61,832 nt of DNA from Desulfomicrobium sp. (GCA_024709365.1 JANJWV010000239.1:1-61832); one strand, 5' to 3'; counted from the stretch's first letter, positions 28,494-38,433 are shown. The notes: generated from the sequence alone by a model not told the origin. A program made the numbers and translations.

Positions 28494-29511
28494 TGTAGAC
28501 CTTGGAGAAGGTCGCCTCGTCCTCCAGGGAACGGCCCGTGCCGCGCACCACCGTGGTCAGTGGGTCGTCGTCGATGTGGACCATGAGGGCGCTCTGCTGC
28601 GTGATGAGCTTGTCCAGGCCTTTGAGGAGCGCCCCGCCGCCGGCCAGCAGGAGGCCGTTGGTGGCGATGTCGGCCACCAGCTCGGGCGGCGTCTTCTCCA
28701 GGGCCCGGCGCACGGCGGCGACGATGGCCGCCACGGGCTCCCTGATGGCTTCGCGCACGTGGGCGTCGGTCAGGACCACGGACTTGGGATTGCCGTCCAC
28801 GAGGTTCTTGCCGGCCACGCGGTACTGCAGAGGCTCGGCCAGGGGCACGGCGGAGGCGATCTGGATCTTGGCCGCCTCGGCCATGTTCTCGCCGATCAGG
28901 AGCTGGAACTCGTCCTGCACGTAGCGCTGGATGGCGTCGTTGAGCTCGTCGCCGGCGATGCGCACGGACTCGGAATAGGCCACGGCCGAGAGGGAGATGA
29001 CCGCCACCTCCGTGGTGCCGCCGCCGATGTCCACGACCATGTTGCCGCGCGGCTCGTGGATGGGCAGTCCGGCGCCGATGGCCGCGGCCATGGGCTCCTC
29101 GATGAGCTTGACCTCGCGCGCGCCGGCCTGCAGGGCCGACTCGACCACGGCCCGCTTCTCGACCTGGGTGATGCCCGCGGGCACGCAGATGACCATGCGC
29201 GGCTTGACGATGCGCATGCCGGTGATGACCTTGCGCACGAAATAGGAGATCATGGCCTTGGTCACCTCGAAGTCGGCGATGACGCCGTCCTTCAAGGGAC
29301 GCACGGCCCTGATGCGATCCGGGGTGCGGCCGAGATATTCCTTGGCCTCGCGGCCCACGGCCAGGATGGAGTCGTTGCGCACGTCGAGTGCCACTACCGA
29401 GGGCTCGTTGAGGACGATGCCGTCCTTGGGCGAGTAGAGGAGCGTGTTGGCCGTGCCGAGGTCCATGGCCAGGTTCTTGCCGAGAAAGCCGAAAAGCTTG
29501 CTGAAAAACAT
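28486..29511 (-). CDS. mreB: MreB/Mbl family actin homolog (orphan paralog)
   Basis: MDLGTANT, EPSVVA, RPLKDGVIADF, EEPMAAAIGAG, DIGGGTTEVA, LAGGGALL. Confidence 0.93.
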   Translation of the reverse strand: MFFSKLFGFLGKNLAMDLGTANTLLYSPKDGIVLNEPSVVALDVRNDSILAVGREAKEYLGRTPDRIRAVRPLKDGVIADFEVTKAMISYFVRKVITGMRIVKPRMVICVPAGITQVEKRAVVESALQAGAREVKLIEEPMAAAIGAGLPIHEPRGNMVVDIGGGTTEVAVISLSAVAYSESVRIAGDELNDAIQRYVQDEFQLLIGENMAEAAKIQIASAVPLAEPLQYRVAGKNLVDGNPKSVVLTDAHVREAIREPVAAIVAAVRRALEKTPPELVADIATNGLLLAGGGALLKGLDKLITQQSALMVHIDDDPLTTVVRGTGRSLEDEATFSKVYIN

Positions 29512-29526
29512 GAAGGCCCTACCTGC

Positions 29527-30558
29527 TTACGGGTGTGAGTCGGGGTTGTCGGGTTCGGAGGGCTCGTCGAATTCCGCCAGGATCGGCGGGGCGAGCTGCT
29601 TGACCTTGTTCTTCAAATACAGGTTCTCCAGGAAAAGCGCCAGGTAGTCGGCAGCCATCCGGGCGAAGGCGCGGATTTCCTCGTCGATGACGCGGCACTC
29701 CCGGTCGCCGAAGACGAGCACGCCGCGGCAGCGCCGGTGCACCTTCAGGGGCAGGGCCAGCAGCGTGTTCAGGGCCGGGCTCGGGACGTCGCGGCCGAAA
29801 AGCGGGGTACGCCCCAGCTCGCTCTTGCCGTCGCCGAAAAAGACCGACCGGTTCTTCTTGAAGACCCAGCCCAGAAGGCCGCTGCCCGTGCTGAAGGTCT
29901 GCTTGGCGGCCACGTTGTCGGGCATGAAGGGCTTGTTGCTGCCTTCGAGCAGGTAGTTGTCGCCCCACTCGTCGCTGACCACGAGGAAGGAGTACTCGTA
30001 GCCGCAGGCCCCGGCCAGCAGGGCCAGGTAGCGGTTCAGGAAATCCGACCACCGCGGGTGCTTCTCGCGCAGGGCGTGGACCTGCTGCATGACGCCGTAG
30101 AGGGCCTGCTCGCGGCTGGAGACGCCGGCCGCGCCCACGTCGTCGACGATGGCCGCGACCACCCCGGCGAACAGCGACAGCACGCGCTGGTCCTTGGAGG
30201 TGAAGGCGTAGGTCTTCTTGCTGTCCATGCACAGGGCGCCCATGCCCCCAGGCAGGGGGCAGCCCACGAAGACCTTGATCTGCTCTTCCTGCTCCGAGCC
30301 GTAGTAGCCCAGGAACGTGTTCTTCTCGTCGAACTTCTCCACGGCCAGGGGCGCGTTGTTCTTCAGTATCCAGCCGACCAGGCCGTAACCCGGGTCGATG
30401 CACAAGTCCTTGCGGATGGAATCCCCCAGGCTGAAGGACGCGCTCAGGTCGAAGCGGCCTTCGGGGTTGCGGCAGAACAGCACGACGGAATAGGCGTCGA
30501 AGACGCTTCCGATGCTTTCCAGCAGCCTGTTCAGGGACGGGTATTTGGTCGTGGTCAT
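29527..30558 (-). CDS. Tandem GAF-domain protein without output domain
   Basis: Two GAF-like repeats (PGYGLVGWILK..GCPLP..GALCMDS and GSGLLGWVFK..ALPL..GVLVFG). Confidence 0.75.
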   Translation of the reverse strand: MTTTKYPSLNRLLESIGSVFDAYSVVLFCRNPEGRFDLSASFSLGDSIRKDLCIDPGYGLVGWILKNNAPLAVEKFDEKNTFLGYYGSEQEEQIKVFVGCPLPGGMGALCMDSKKTYAFTSKDQRVLSLFAGVVAAIVDDVGAAGVSSREQALYGVMQQVHALREKHPRWSDFLNRYLALLAGACGYEYSFLVVSDEWGDNYLLEGSNKPFMPDNVAAKQTFSTGSGLLGWVFKKNRSVFFGDGKSELGRTPLFGRDVPSPALNTLLALPLKVHRRCRGVLVFGDRECRVIDEEIRAFARMAADYLALFLENLYLKNKVKQLAPPILAEFDEPSEPDNPDSHP

Positions 30559-30759
30559 GTGATGCGTGCGCTCTTGCTGCAGTCCGGGACGGAGCCGGAC
30601 GCGAATCCGGTCAGACGGACATAGAGGGAAACGTGACCGGCGGCAACAGTGCCGGCACGGGTCGGATCATCTGGAAAATCCAGTTTACGGACAGGGCAAA
30701 ACATGCCACACAGTCTACACACAACGGTAACAAACACAATGGGATAGTTGGCCGCCCGC

Positions 30760-32472
30760 ATGTCCTGGCACAAAGCTTTCTCGAAAATTCCAGCCCTGGC
30801 CGCCCTGAAAAACGGGCAGTTGCTGCCTAAATCCCCCCTGCGCGGCCTGGGGGAGCTGCGGACGTTTCTCGATTATGTACACATCAGGCACTGCCTGCTG
30901 AAGCCGTATTCCGAGCAGCGCAACTATCCCCTCGTCGACGCCCGCGACCTGCTCCCCTCCTTCGAACCGAACCTGACGGAATACCCGGAGCTTCCGGGTT
31001 TCTCCATGGTCGCCTTCGAACGCCCCCTGGACTATTTCAACGAGGTCTTCCAGTTCGACCTCCTGCACACCTGCCGCGACCCCGACCTCCGGGTGGCCGG
31101 CGACAGCTGCGTCCTGGAGAGCCCCCTGCACGTCAGCAACCTCGACGCGTTCCTGGCCCATCTGCCCCGGGAGCTGCGCGAGGAGTTCCGGGCCGACACC
31201 CAGGACCGCCAGATCTCGGACATCGCCAGTTACAGCCTGCTCGTGGGCTACCTCTCCCGCATGGACCGCGCCCATGTCCTGTCCCTGGACCGCGAAGGAC
31301 AGTTCTACCTTTCGGGGATCTACGCGTCCCTGCCCTCGGACCTGGACACGGAACTCAAGCGGTTCGGGCTCAAGGCGCGCAAGTTCCGGCCCGACGACAA
31401 CATCCTCTACGAGCGCAACCGCGAGTTCGTGTACCAGTTCCTGATGGAGCTGTACGGCTACCCCATCTCCTCGGAACGCAAGACCTCGGCCGCCATCTTC
31501 GCCAGGCGCCTGCACAAGATGGGCGAACGTTTCCTGATCAAGGCCCTGGGCCAGTCGGACCGCACCCTGACCTCCATCTTCAGCACCGGGCCGGGCCAGC
31601 CCTACCCGCAGGTGGAGAAGGTCGCCCTGGTGCCGGTGGAGACGAGGGCCGCGGAGACCCTCGATTTTCTCGAAAGCGAAGGTTTCTTCCTGGACCGCAG
31701 GAAACGGGTCGTCATCCTGCGCGTGGTCTACAGCCAGCACAAGTTCGACCCCAACAACGTCCGCCAGGACCGCGCCCTGTCCGTGCTGCGGCAGGAGATC
31801 GTCCATCCCCTGACCGGCCGGGTCTGCACGTCCGTCAACCTGGTCAAGGACACCTACACCATGAGCCTCAAGCTCAACGACATCGTGCGCGGCGAGTTCG
31901 TCGGCACGGCCGTCTACAAGCGCAACGAGCTCGTGGAGAACACCGAGAGCCACGCGAACCGGCTCAAGTTCCTGCACTCGTGGCTGTGCAAGCACCAGCG
32001 GCGCATGATCGCCTACTCCGACGAATTCTACTCCGAGATCGTGCACGTCCTGGACGGCTACCTCTCGGACCCTGAGCTGACCGACGAATTCGACGACCTG
32101 CGCGACCTCTACCAGGAGGTCTGGGGCTCCTACAGCTTCATCAAGCAGGCCCGCAAGATCAAGCAGCTCGAAGACCTCAAGGACCGACTCCACAAGGGCA
32201 AAAGAATCTCGTATCTCGAAACGCTGACCCTGGCCACGGCACTCATCTCGGAGCTCAAGTTCGAGTTCGCGACCTTTTTCAAGCCTCTCATCAGCCAGGC
32301 CATCCACTTCGCTGAAGCCATGCTCAACGACCGCTACCTGATCCGAACCTACGTCCGGGAAAAGGACGACAACCTCACGGAAAACGGCCTGCGCATCAAG
32401 AAGCTCTACCGCAGGCTCGTCTCCCTTGTTGACGAACTGAAGGCCATACGCAAAACAAGGGCCGAAGCATGA
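30760..32472 (+). CDS. Conserved hypothetical soluble protein (about 570 aa)
   Basis: Long ORF with strong GC3 codon bias and natural composition; no motif recognised. Confidence 0.8.
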   Translation: MSWHKAFSKIPALAALKNGQLLPKSPLRGLGELRTFLDYVHIRHCLLKPYSEQRNYPLVDARDLLPSFEPNLTEYPELPGFSMVAFERPLDYFNEVFQFDLLHTCRDPDLRVAGDSCVLESPLHVSNLDAFLAHLPRELREEFRADTQDRQISDIASYSLLVGYLSRMDRAHVLSLDREGQFYLSGIYASLPSDLDTELKRFGLKARKFRPDDNILYERNREFVYQFLMELYGYPISSERKTSAAIFARRLHKMGERFLIKALGQSDRTLTSIFSTGPGQPYPQVEKVALVPVETRAAETLDFLESEGFFLDRRKRVVILRVVYSQHKFDPNNVRQDRALSVLRQEIVHPLTGRVCTSVNLVKDTYTMSLKLNDIVRGEFVGTAVYKRNELVENTESHANRLKFLHSWLCKHQRRMIAYSDEFYSEIVHVLDGYLSDPELTDEFDDLRDLYQEVWGSYSFIKQARKIKQLEDLKDRLHKGKRISYLETLTLATALISELKFEFATFFKPLISQAIHFAEAMLNDRYLIRTYVREKDDNLTENGLRIKKLYRRLVSLVDELKAIRKTRAEA

Positions 32473-32504
32473 TTTTCCTCATCCTTTAACAGCAGGATAC
32501 ACCT

Positions 32505-33587
32505 ATGTCCGAATTGCTGACCACCCCCCTTCACGCCTGGCACAAGGAAAACGGCGCCAGGATGGTCCCCTTCGCGGGCTGGGACATGCCGGTCCAGTAC
32601 GTGGGCATCCTCGAGGAGCACAAGCACACCCGGGCCGCCGCCTCCATCTTCGACATCTCCCACATGGGCGAGTTTCTCCTGGCCGGCGACGGCGCCACCG
32701 ACGCCCTGGCCCGGGTCGTGACCCACAACCTGGCCACCCTGGCCCCGGGCAAGTGCCGCTACGGCTTCCTCCTGAACGAGAAGGGCGGCGTGCTGGACGA
32801 CCTCATCGTCTACCGCCTGGAGACGGAGAAGTACATGCTCGTGGTCAACGGCGCCTGCATCGACTCCGACTTCGCCTGGATCGGTTCGCGCATCCCCAAG
32901 GACCTGACCTTCGTCAACCAGAGCTTCGGCATCGCCAAGATCGACCTGCAGGGCCCGACGTCCTTCGACGTCCTGTCCAGGGTCATCCCCGGCGACTGGG
33001 CGACCCTGGGCTATTTCGGCTTCCGCGAGGCGGAGGTCGAGGGCTTTCGGCTCATCGTCAGCCGCACGGGCTACACGGGCGAGTTGGGCTACGAGTTCTA
33101 CCTGCCCTGGGCCAAGGCGCAGGTCCTGTGGGACCTCCTCATGGCGGACCCAGACGTGCGCCCGGCGGGCCTGGGCGCCCGAGACACCCTGCGTCTGGAG
33201 GTGGGCCTGCCCCTCTACGGCCAGGACCTGGACACCGAACACACCCCCGTCGAGGCGGGCTACGGGGCCATGCTCAAGAGCGAGGCCGACTTCATCGGCA
33301 AGGCCGGCCTGGAAACGGTGCGCGAAAAGCTCATCGGCCTGCGCATCGACGGCCGCCGCAGCGCCCGCCATTACGACGAGGTCTTCGTCGGCGAGACCAG
33401 GGTCGGCACGGTCACCAGCGGCTCCATCGCGCCGAGCCTGGGCTGCTGCGTGGCCATGGCCTACGTGCGCGCCGACATGGCCGACGAGACGTCCTTCACC
33501 ATCAAGGGCGCACGGACGAGCCTTGAGGCCGTCCGCGTCGACATGCCCTTCTTCACCGCAGGCACGGCCCGCAGAAAGCTGGGCTGA
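32505..33587 (+). CDS. gcvT: Glycine cleavage system aminomethyltransferase T
   Basis: TPLH, FAGWDMPVQY, FDISHMG, SRTGYTGELGYE, GLGARDTLRLE. Confidence 0.96.
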   Translation: MSELLTTPLHAWHKENGARMVPFAGWDMPVQYVGILEEHKHTRAAASIFDISHMGEFLLAGDGATDALARVVTHNLATLAPGKCRYGFLLNEKGGVLDDLIVYRLETEKYMLVVNGACIDSDFAWIGSRIPKDLTFVNQSFGIAKIDLQGPTSFDVLSRVIPGDWATLGYFGFREAEVEGFRLIVSRTGYTGELGYEFYLPWAKAQVLWDLLMADPDVRPAGLGARDTLRLEVGLPLYGQDLDTEHTPVEAGYGAMLKSEADFIGKAGLETVREKLIGLRIDGRRSARHYDEVFVGETRVGTVTSGSIAPSLGCCVAMAYVRADMADETSFTIKGARTSLEAVRVDMPFFTAGTARRKLG

Positions 33588-34309
33588 TGTCTCGCCTCAA
33601 CTCCTTCCATCTGGCTCCCGCCCTGTGGCGGGAGCCTTTCGTGCTGGACGGCGAGGAGGCCCGCCACCTGATCCGCGTGCTGCGCGCCCGGGTCGGCGAC
33701 ACGGTGCGCCTCTTCGACGGCCGCGGACGATGGGGGATCTTCCGCATCGAGCGGATCGGCAAGCGGGACGCGGGCCTGGGTCTGGTGGAAGAACACGCTG
33801 AGCCCGCGCCGGCTTTCCCCCTGACCTTGGCCGTGGGCTGGTCCAAGGGGCTCAGGCGCGGGTTTCTGCTGGAAAAGGCCGTGGAGCTCGGCGCGACGGC
33901 CGTGTGGTTCTGGCAGGCCGCCAGGTCCCAGGGCGAGGTCCCCGAGGACGGGAACGAAGGCTGGGAACGCCAGCTCATCGCCGCGGCCAAGCAGTGCGGC
34001 ACGGCCTGGCTGCCCGAGATCCGGACTTTCACCGGGCCCGGAAACGTCGCACAGGCCGCAGAAGGCATGAGTTCGAAAGTGCTGTGCTGGGAAAGGGAGG
34101 ACGCGCGCCTCGTCGATCCCGACGCACTGGCGACCCGCCAGGGCTGCGTGGCGGTCCTGGGCCCCGAGGGCGGGCTGGAGGACAGGGAGGCCCGCGTCTT
34201 CATGGAGCACGCCTTCACCCCGGTCAGCCTGGGCCCGAGCATCCTGCGCTTCGAGACCGCCGCGACCTTCGTCCTTTCCCTGCACCTCTGGGCGGCCAGC
34301 GGAAGATAA
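33587..34309 (+). CDS. rsmE: 16S rRNA m3U1498 methyltransferase
   Basis: HLIRVLR, EKAVELG, AAKQC, LGPEGG, SLGPSILRFETA. Confidence 0.93.
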   Translation: MSRLNSFHLAPALWREPFVLDGEEARHLIRVLRARVGDTVRLFDGRGRWGIFRIERIGKRDAGLGLVEEHAEPAPAFPLTLAVGWSKGLRRGFLLEKAVELGATAVWFWQAARSQGEVPEDGNEGWERQLIAAAKQCGTAWLPEIRTFTGPGNVAQAAEGMSSKVLCWEREDARLVDPDALATRQGCVAVLGPEGGLEDREARVFMEHAFTPVSLGPSILRFETAATFVLSLHLWAASGR

Positions 34310-34331
34310 TCCCCGCCCCGCCCGCCGCGCC

Positions 34332-35735
34332 CTACAGCCGCGACATCCGGTCCAGTTCCCCTTCCAGCAGCCTGCGCAAATCCTCCTCCAGGTCCATGGC
34401 CCGGTCCGTGCCGCCGTCCCTGACCGTCTTGAAGAACTCCGCGCACAGGGCCCTGGCCTCGCGGTCCCAGGTGCCGGTCAGGCCCTGCTTTCCGCCGTCG
34501 GCCGGGACCGGCAGGAAGTCCTTGTCGCGCACGGCGTGGGACCAGTGGATGACGTACCAGTAGTGCATGAGCAGGCGGTCCAGGAGGATGTAGACCCACT
34601 GCACCGTCCCCAGGGGCCCGACCTGCACGCGCCGCCGGCCGATGCCCATGCCCATGAGCCGCCCCCTGACCAGCCCTTCCCCCTTGAACAGCGCGGCCAG
34701 CCCCGCCGCCGCGCCGCCCACGCCGGCGAAGAGCCCCAGGCTGTGCCCCAGGGTGGCCAGGTCCAGGGCCGCCCCGGCCGCGCCGCCGGCGGCCACGGCC
34801 GCGGCCACGAGCCGGGTCTTGCCAAGGCCGAAGACGGTCCAGGTGGTGGTCGAAAACAGGTCCTCGCGCAGCACGGACTGCTCCGGCAGCGCGAAGGAGC
34901 GCCTGTCGTGGCGGAACTGCAGGCAGACCTGGTCGTGCAGGCGGCCCTCCTCGGCCCGGATGCGCTCCTCCAGCCGCCTGGCCAGCACGGCCTCTTTGGC
35001 GGCCCGATCCTCGTCCTCGGCCAGGGGGGCGGACTCGCTCATGGTCAGGACGCGCCGCAGGAAGTCCACGGTCAGGGCCGCGCACTCGGCGTTGCGGCGC
35101 TTCCAGTCGCGGGCGAAGGCGTCCACGACCCGGCCCAGGGCCCCCTCCCAGTCCTGCTCCAGGGCGCGCAGGCTCTCCAGGAGGCGCAGGCGCTCGGCGA
35201 AGGTGGCCCGCAGGGCGTTGAAGACGCGGACCATGTTGAAATGCCGGCGCAGCTCGGCCTTCCATTCATCCAGGAACTCCTCCTCGCCCGTCTTGCAGTT
35301 GAGGATGGCCATGCGCGGACGGCCCGTCAGCCGCAGGATCTCCATCTCGGCCTTGTCCACCTGCCGCATGGGCCGCGAGGCGTCGAGGACGTAGATGATG
35401 CCGGCACCCGCGATGACCGGCGTCAGGAGTTCGCATTCGTGGGCCATGCCCGGGTCGTCGGCGAACTCGGCCAGGAATGCCGGCAGCACCTCGGACTCGG
35501 GTCCCGAAAACTTCCGCATCCAGCCCAGGGTCTGCACGGGGTTCTGGAACCCCGGCGTGTCGACGAAGGCGATGACCTCGCGGCCGTCGATGGACACCGG
35601 GTAGGCCTTGGCCGCCACCGTTTCGCCGGGCCGGGCGCTGATGCGGATGGCGTCGTTCTCGACGAGGGTGGCCACCACCGAGGACTTGCCCTCGTTGGGG
35701 TGTCCGATGACGGCGAAGACCGGAATGTCGCTCAT
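34332..35735 (-). CDS. P-loop GTPase with DUF3482-like membrane-associated C-terminus
   Basis: GHPNEGKSS (G1), DTPG (G3), Gly/Ala-rich hydrophobic hairpin; ATGA overlap with upstream gene. Confidence 0.75.
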   Translation of the reverse strand: MSDIPVFAVIGHPNEGKSSVVATLVENDAIRISARPGETVAAKAYPVSIDGREVIAFVDTPGFQNPVQTLGWMRKFSGPESEVLPAFLAEFADDPGMAHECELLTPVIAGAGIIYVLDASRPMRQVDKAEMEILRLTGRPRMAILNCKTGEEEFLDEWKAELRRHFNMVRVFNALRATFAERLRLLESLRALEQDWEGALGRVVDAFARDWKRRNAECAALTVDFLRRVLTMSESAPLAEDEDRAAKEAVLARRLEERIRAEEGRLHDQVCLQFRHDRRSFALPEQSVLREDLFSTTTWTVFGLGKTRLVAAAVAAGGAAGAALDLATLGHSLGLFAGVGGAAAGLAALFKGEGLVRGRLMGMGIGRRRVQVGPLGTVQWVYILLDRLLMHYWYVIHWSHAVRDKDFLPVPADGGKQGLTGTWDREARALCAEFFKTVRDGGTDRAMDLEEDLRRLLEGELDRMSRL

Positions 35736-37225
35736 TCTGCAGCTCCGAAGATGTCGACGCGAAGGGGTGCGAGCCGTTCGACGGCCGAGGACCAGACTTC
35801 CCGGTCCACCGCTGACGGCGCGGTCAGCCACCGGCCGTGCGAGGGCCGGCCGCAGAGCACGAGGGTCAGGCTGCGCCCTCCCGTCTCGTCGCGCCCCAGG
35901 GTTTCGAGGGCCTGAAGATTTTCCCTGATGGGAGGCTGCCACGCCTCCACCAGCACGATGTAGCGTTCGCGTCCGCCGGTCCATTCCAGCCCGGCGCACT
36001 CGCCCAGGACCCGCCCCACGTCGCCGCTCTCCAGGGCGGCCGCGACCACGCGCACCGGCCGCTCCCCGCCGACGCGCAGCGCCGTGGCGGCCAGATCCTC
36101 CCCGGCGACGCGGCCCTCCAGTTCGGGCGGCAGCAGGAAAACGCACCCGGCCTCGTCAGTACCGGCACGTCCGGCCGGCGAGGCGGCTTCACCGGCCGTC
36201 GCGGTCCGAAGGGGCAGCGGCCTGGACACGGGCTCCGTGGAATCGGGGGTTCCGACCAGGGGGGAACGCATGCGGTCCGCGATGCGCCCCAGAGCGGGGT
36301 GCGCAAAGCCCCTCTCCAGCCGCCGCAGGGAGTGGCGGGCCAGGGCCAGCAGGACAAGCCGCGGCAGCAGGGCGTAGGTCAGCAGGCACATGGCCAGAAA
36401 CGGCCACCAGGCGACGAGGTCCGAGCTGGCCAAAGTCGCGATGCCCTCCTTGAGGACGATGCGGCTGCCCTCGACCTGCCCCGGAGTCGGCGTCAGCCCC
36501 CACTGCGCGGGCAGCCAGGACCAGGGCAGCGCAAGCAGGGACGCCAGGGCGTGCATGCCCTGCGCCCCGACCTGCAGGGTCGACTGCCAGCCGAAGGCCA
36601 GGTCCGTGACCGTCACGCCGACCAGCAGCCCCGCCAGGGAGCCCGCGGCCAGGCACAGCCCGCCCAGATGCAGGAGCCCCAGGCATTCCCAGGCCAGCAT
36701 GCGCGCCGGCCAGCCCTGCGCCAGAAAAAGGGAGCGCAGGAATCCGGCCTGCGCCCCGAGCCGCCCCTGTCTGCGCCACAGCAGGCTGAACAGCGGACGG
36801 ACGGGGATGCGGAACTGCCCCATTCCCATGACCCTGGCCGCAAGAAGCAGTCCGGCCAGCAGGCAGAGAGCCGCCTGCGGGAAGACGGCCAGGAGCAGGA
36901 AGACCGAGACGTTGACGGGTTCCGCGCCGGAATACGCGAGCAGGCCGCGGGCAAGGGACGCTCCCGCGGCCAGCCCCGCGACGGCCAGGACGATGCGCAG
37001 GACGTTCAGCCCCGATGCCAGGGCCGACGCAGGCGTCGCCCCGACGTCGGCGCGGCGGCGGTCCAGCCAGAACATGCCGAAGCCTTGCGCAGGCACGGAG
37101 GCCGCCTGGGCTTCGAGCCCGAGCCTGCGGTCGCGCTGCAGGGTCGCGGCGGGGTCGGCCAGCCTGTCCTGTTCCAGGAACCATTCCAGATCGAGAAAGT
37201 CGCCGAGGCGCATGCCGTGTTTCAT
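35732..37225 (-). CDS. DUF2868-like membrane protein
   Basis: About 4 TM segments, PVNV, DLAFGWQSTL, WWPFL...Y.LLPR, C-terminal EAWQPP motif. Confidence 0.7.
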   Translation of the reverse strand: MKHGMRLGDFLDLEWFLEQDRLADPAATLQRDRRLGLEAQAASVPAQGFGMFWLDRRRADVGATPASALASGLNVLRIVLAVAGLAAGASLARGLLAYSGAEPVNVSVFLLLAVFPQAALCLLAGLLLAARVMGMGQFRIPVRPLFSLLWRRQGRLGAQAGFLRSLFLAQGWPARMLAWECLGLLHLGGLCLAAGSLAGLLVGVTVTDLAFGWQSTLQVGAQGMHALASLLALPWSWLPAQWGLTPTPGQVEGSRIVLKEGIATLASSDLVAWWPFLAMCLLTYALLPRLVLLALARHSLRRLERGFAHPALGRIADRMRSPLVGTPDSTEPVSRPLPLRTATAGEAASPAGRAGTDEAGCVFLLPPELEGRVAGEDLAATALRVGGERPVRVVAAALESGDVGRVLGECAGLEWTGGRERYIVLVEAWQPPIRENLQALETLGRDETGGRSLTLVLCGRPSHGRWLTAPSAVDREVWSSAVERLAPLRVDIFGAAE

Positions 37226-37289
37226 GACGGTCAGCCATACCAGCACCGGGCCGGGATGGCAAAAGACGGGAAGGCGCGCCGTCCGGTCC

Positions 37290-37318
37290 TTGTCAACGCA
37301 TGCGCGAACCGCTAGCAC
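37290..37318 (+). promoter_or_regulatory. Putative sigma70 promoter of the radical SAM gene, overlapping a divergent TTGACA
   Basis: TTGTCA-17-TAGCAC on plus; TTGACA on minus at 37296-37291. Confidence 0.35.
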
Positions 37319-37412
37319 GGCCCTGCCGGAGGGGCCCCGCCCCGAAGGGCCTCAAACCCGAAAATGGTCATGCGCCGCGCCGATGCCGCGGCCGCACGGA
37401 CCGGACGATGCC

Positions 37413-38294
37413 ATGACGAATTCCGGACACACCATGTTCCGCCCCCCGGCCGAAGCCGCCAGCGTCCTCATCCGCGTGGCCGACGGCTGCCCCCACAACT
37501 CCTGCGCCTTCTGCGCCATGTACCGGGGCGTGCCCTACCGCGAGCACGGCCCGGCCGAGATCGAACGGGCCGTCGCGCAGGCGGCCATCCGGCAGCCAGA
37601 CGCCCGTCGCGTCTTCCTGGCCGACGGCGACGTTCTGGCCCTGCCCGCACCGACCCTCGACGCCATCATCGGCACGCTGCGCGCGGCCTTCCCGCGGCTG
37701 GCCCGGGTGAACTGCTACGCCTCGGGCCAGGCCCTGGCGGCGAAAACCGACGCCGAACTCGCCGGGCTTCGCCGCGCGGGCCTGCACACCCTCTATCTGG
37801 GTCTGGAGAGCGGCTCGCCGCAGGTGCTCGCGAACATGGCCAAGGCCGGGACCGTCGAGGACATGGTCCGCGGCTGCCGGCGGGCCCGGGAAGCGGGCCT
37901 GGCCGTGTCGGTCATGGTGCTCGTGGGCCTGGGCGGCCGGGACCTGTCCGCGGTCCACGCGCGGGAGACCGCCGCGGCCGTCAACGCCATGCAGCCCGAC
38001 CTGCTGTCCTTCCTGCGCCTGGTCCCTGTGCCGGGCACGCCCCTTGAGCGACGCATCGCAAGCGGCAGGTTCCGGCAGCTGACCGAAGAAGAGGCCGTGC
38101 GCGAGGCGCGCGCCATCCTGGCGGGCCTCGACCTGCAGCGCACGGTCTTCCGGGCGGACCACGGCTCGAACGTCCTGCCCATGGCCGGCCGGCTGCCCCG
38201 CGACCGGGAGGCGCTGCTGGCCGAACTCGACGAACTGCTGGGGTGCGGAGTCCTGGACGCTTCCGGCCCCGGGCCCATGCCTTCCCTGCTCTGA
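37413..38294 (+). CDS. Radical SAM protein of unknown function
   Basis: FRPPAEA..GCPHNSCAFCAMY, FLADGD, YLGLESG, FRADHGSN. Confidence 0.88.
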   Translation: MTNSGHTMFRPPAEAASVLIRVADGCPHNSCAFCAMYRGVPYREHGPAEIERAVAQAAIRQPDARRVFLADGDVLALPAPTLDAIIGTLRAAFPRLARVNCYASGQALAAKTDAELAGLRRAGLHTLYLGLESGSPQVLANMAKAGTVEDMVRGCRRAREAGLAVSVMVLVGLGGRDLSAVHARETAAAVNAMQPDLLSFLRLVPVPGTPLERRIASGRFRQLTEEEAVREARAILAGLDLQRTVFRADHGSNVLPMAGRLPRDREALLAELDELLGCGVLDASGPGPMPSLL

Positions 38295-38433
38295 GATGAC
38301 GGACGATGGATAATCCGGGGAACGCCCAGATGGCCTCTTTCGCTTCGTCCAACCTTCATGTAGACGATGAAGACGCGTCCTTAGGCGAACAGCCGGACCG
38401 CCGGACCGCACAACCTCCAGCGAGCATGCACCG

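Noticed and set aside
30693-30707. sigma54-like TGGCATGTTTTGC upstream of the GAF gene (minus strand)
   Set aside because: GG-to-GC spacing is 8 nt, not the required 10
32505-33587. Orphan gcvT as a novel folate enzyme
   Set aside because: All canonical GcvT motifs are present; gcvH and gcvP can be encoded elsewhere
35736-36146. 604-aa version of the GTPase
   Set aside because: Arg/Gly-rich off-frame overlap with the upstream gene; ATGA coupling supports 35735
36390-37412. 634-aa radical SAM fusion
   Set aside because: The N-terminal part is antisense to the DUF2868-like gene; family-like sequence starts at 37413
37319-37412. Riboswitch in the radical SAM leader
   Set aside because: GC hairpins are present but I recognise no aptamer consensus (SAM, c-di-GMP, fluoride, TPP)
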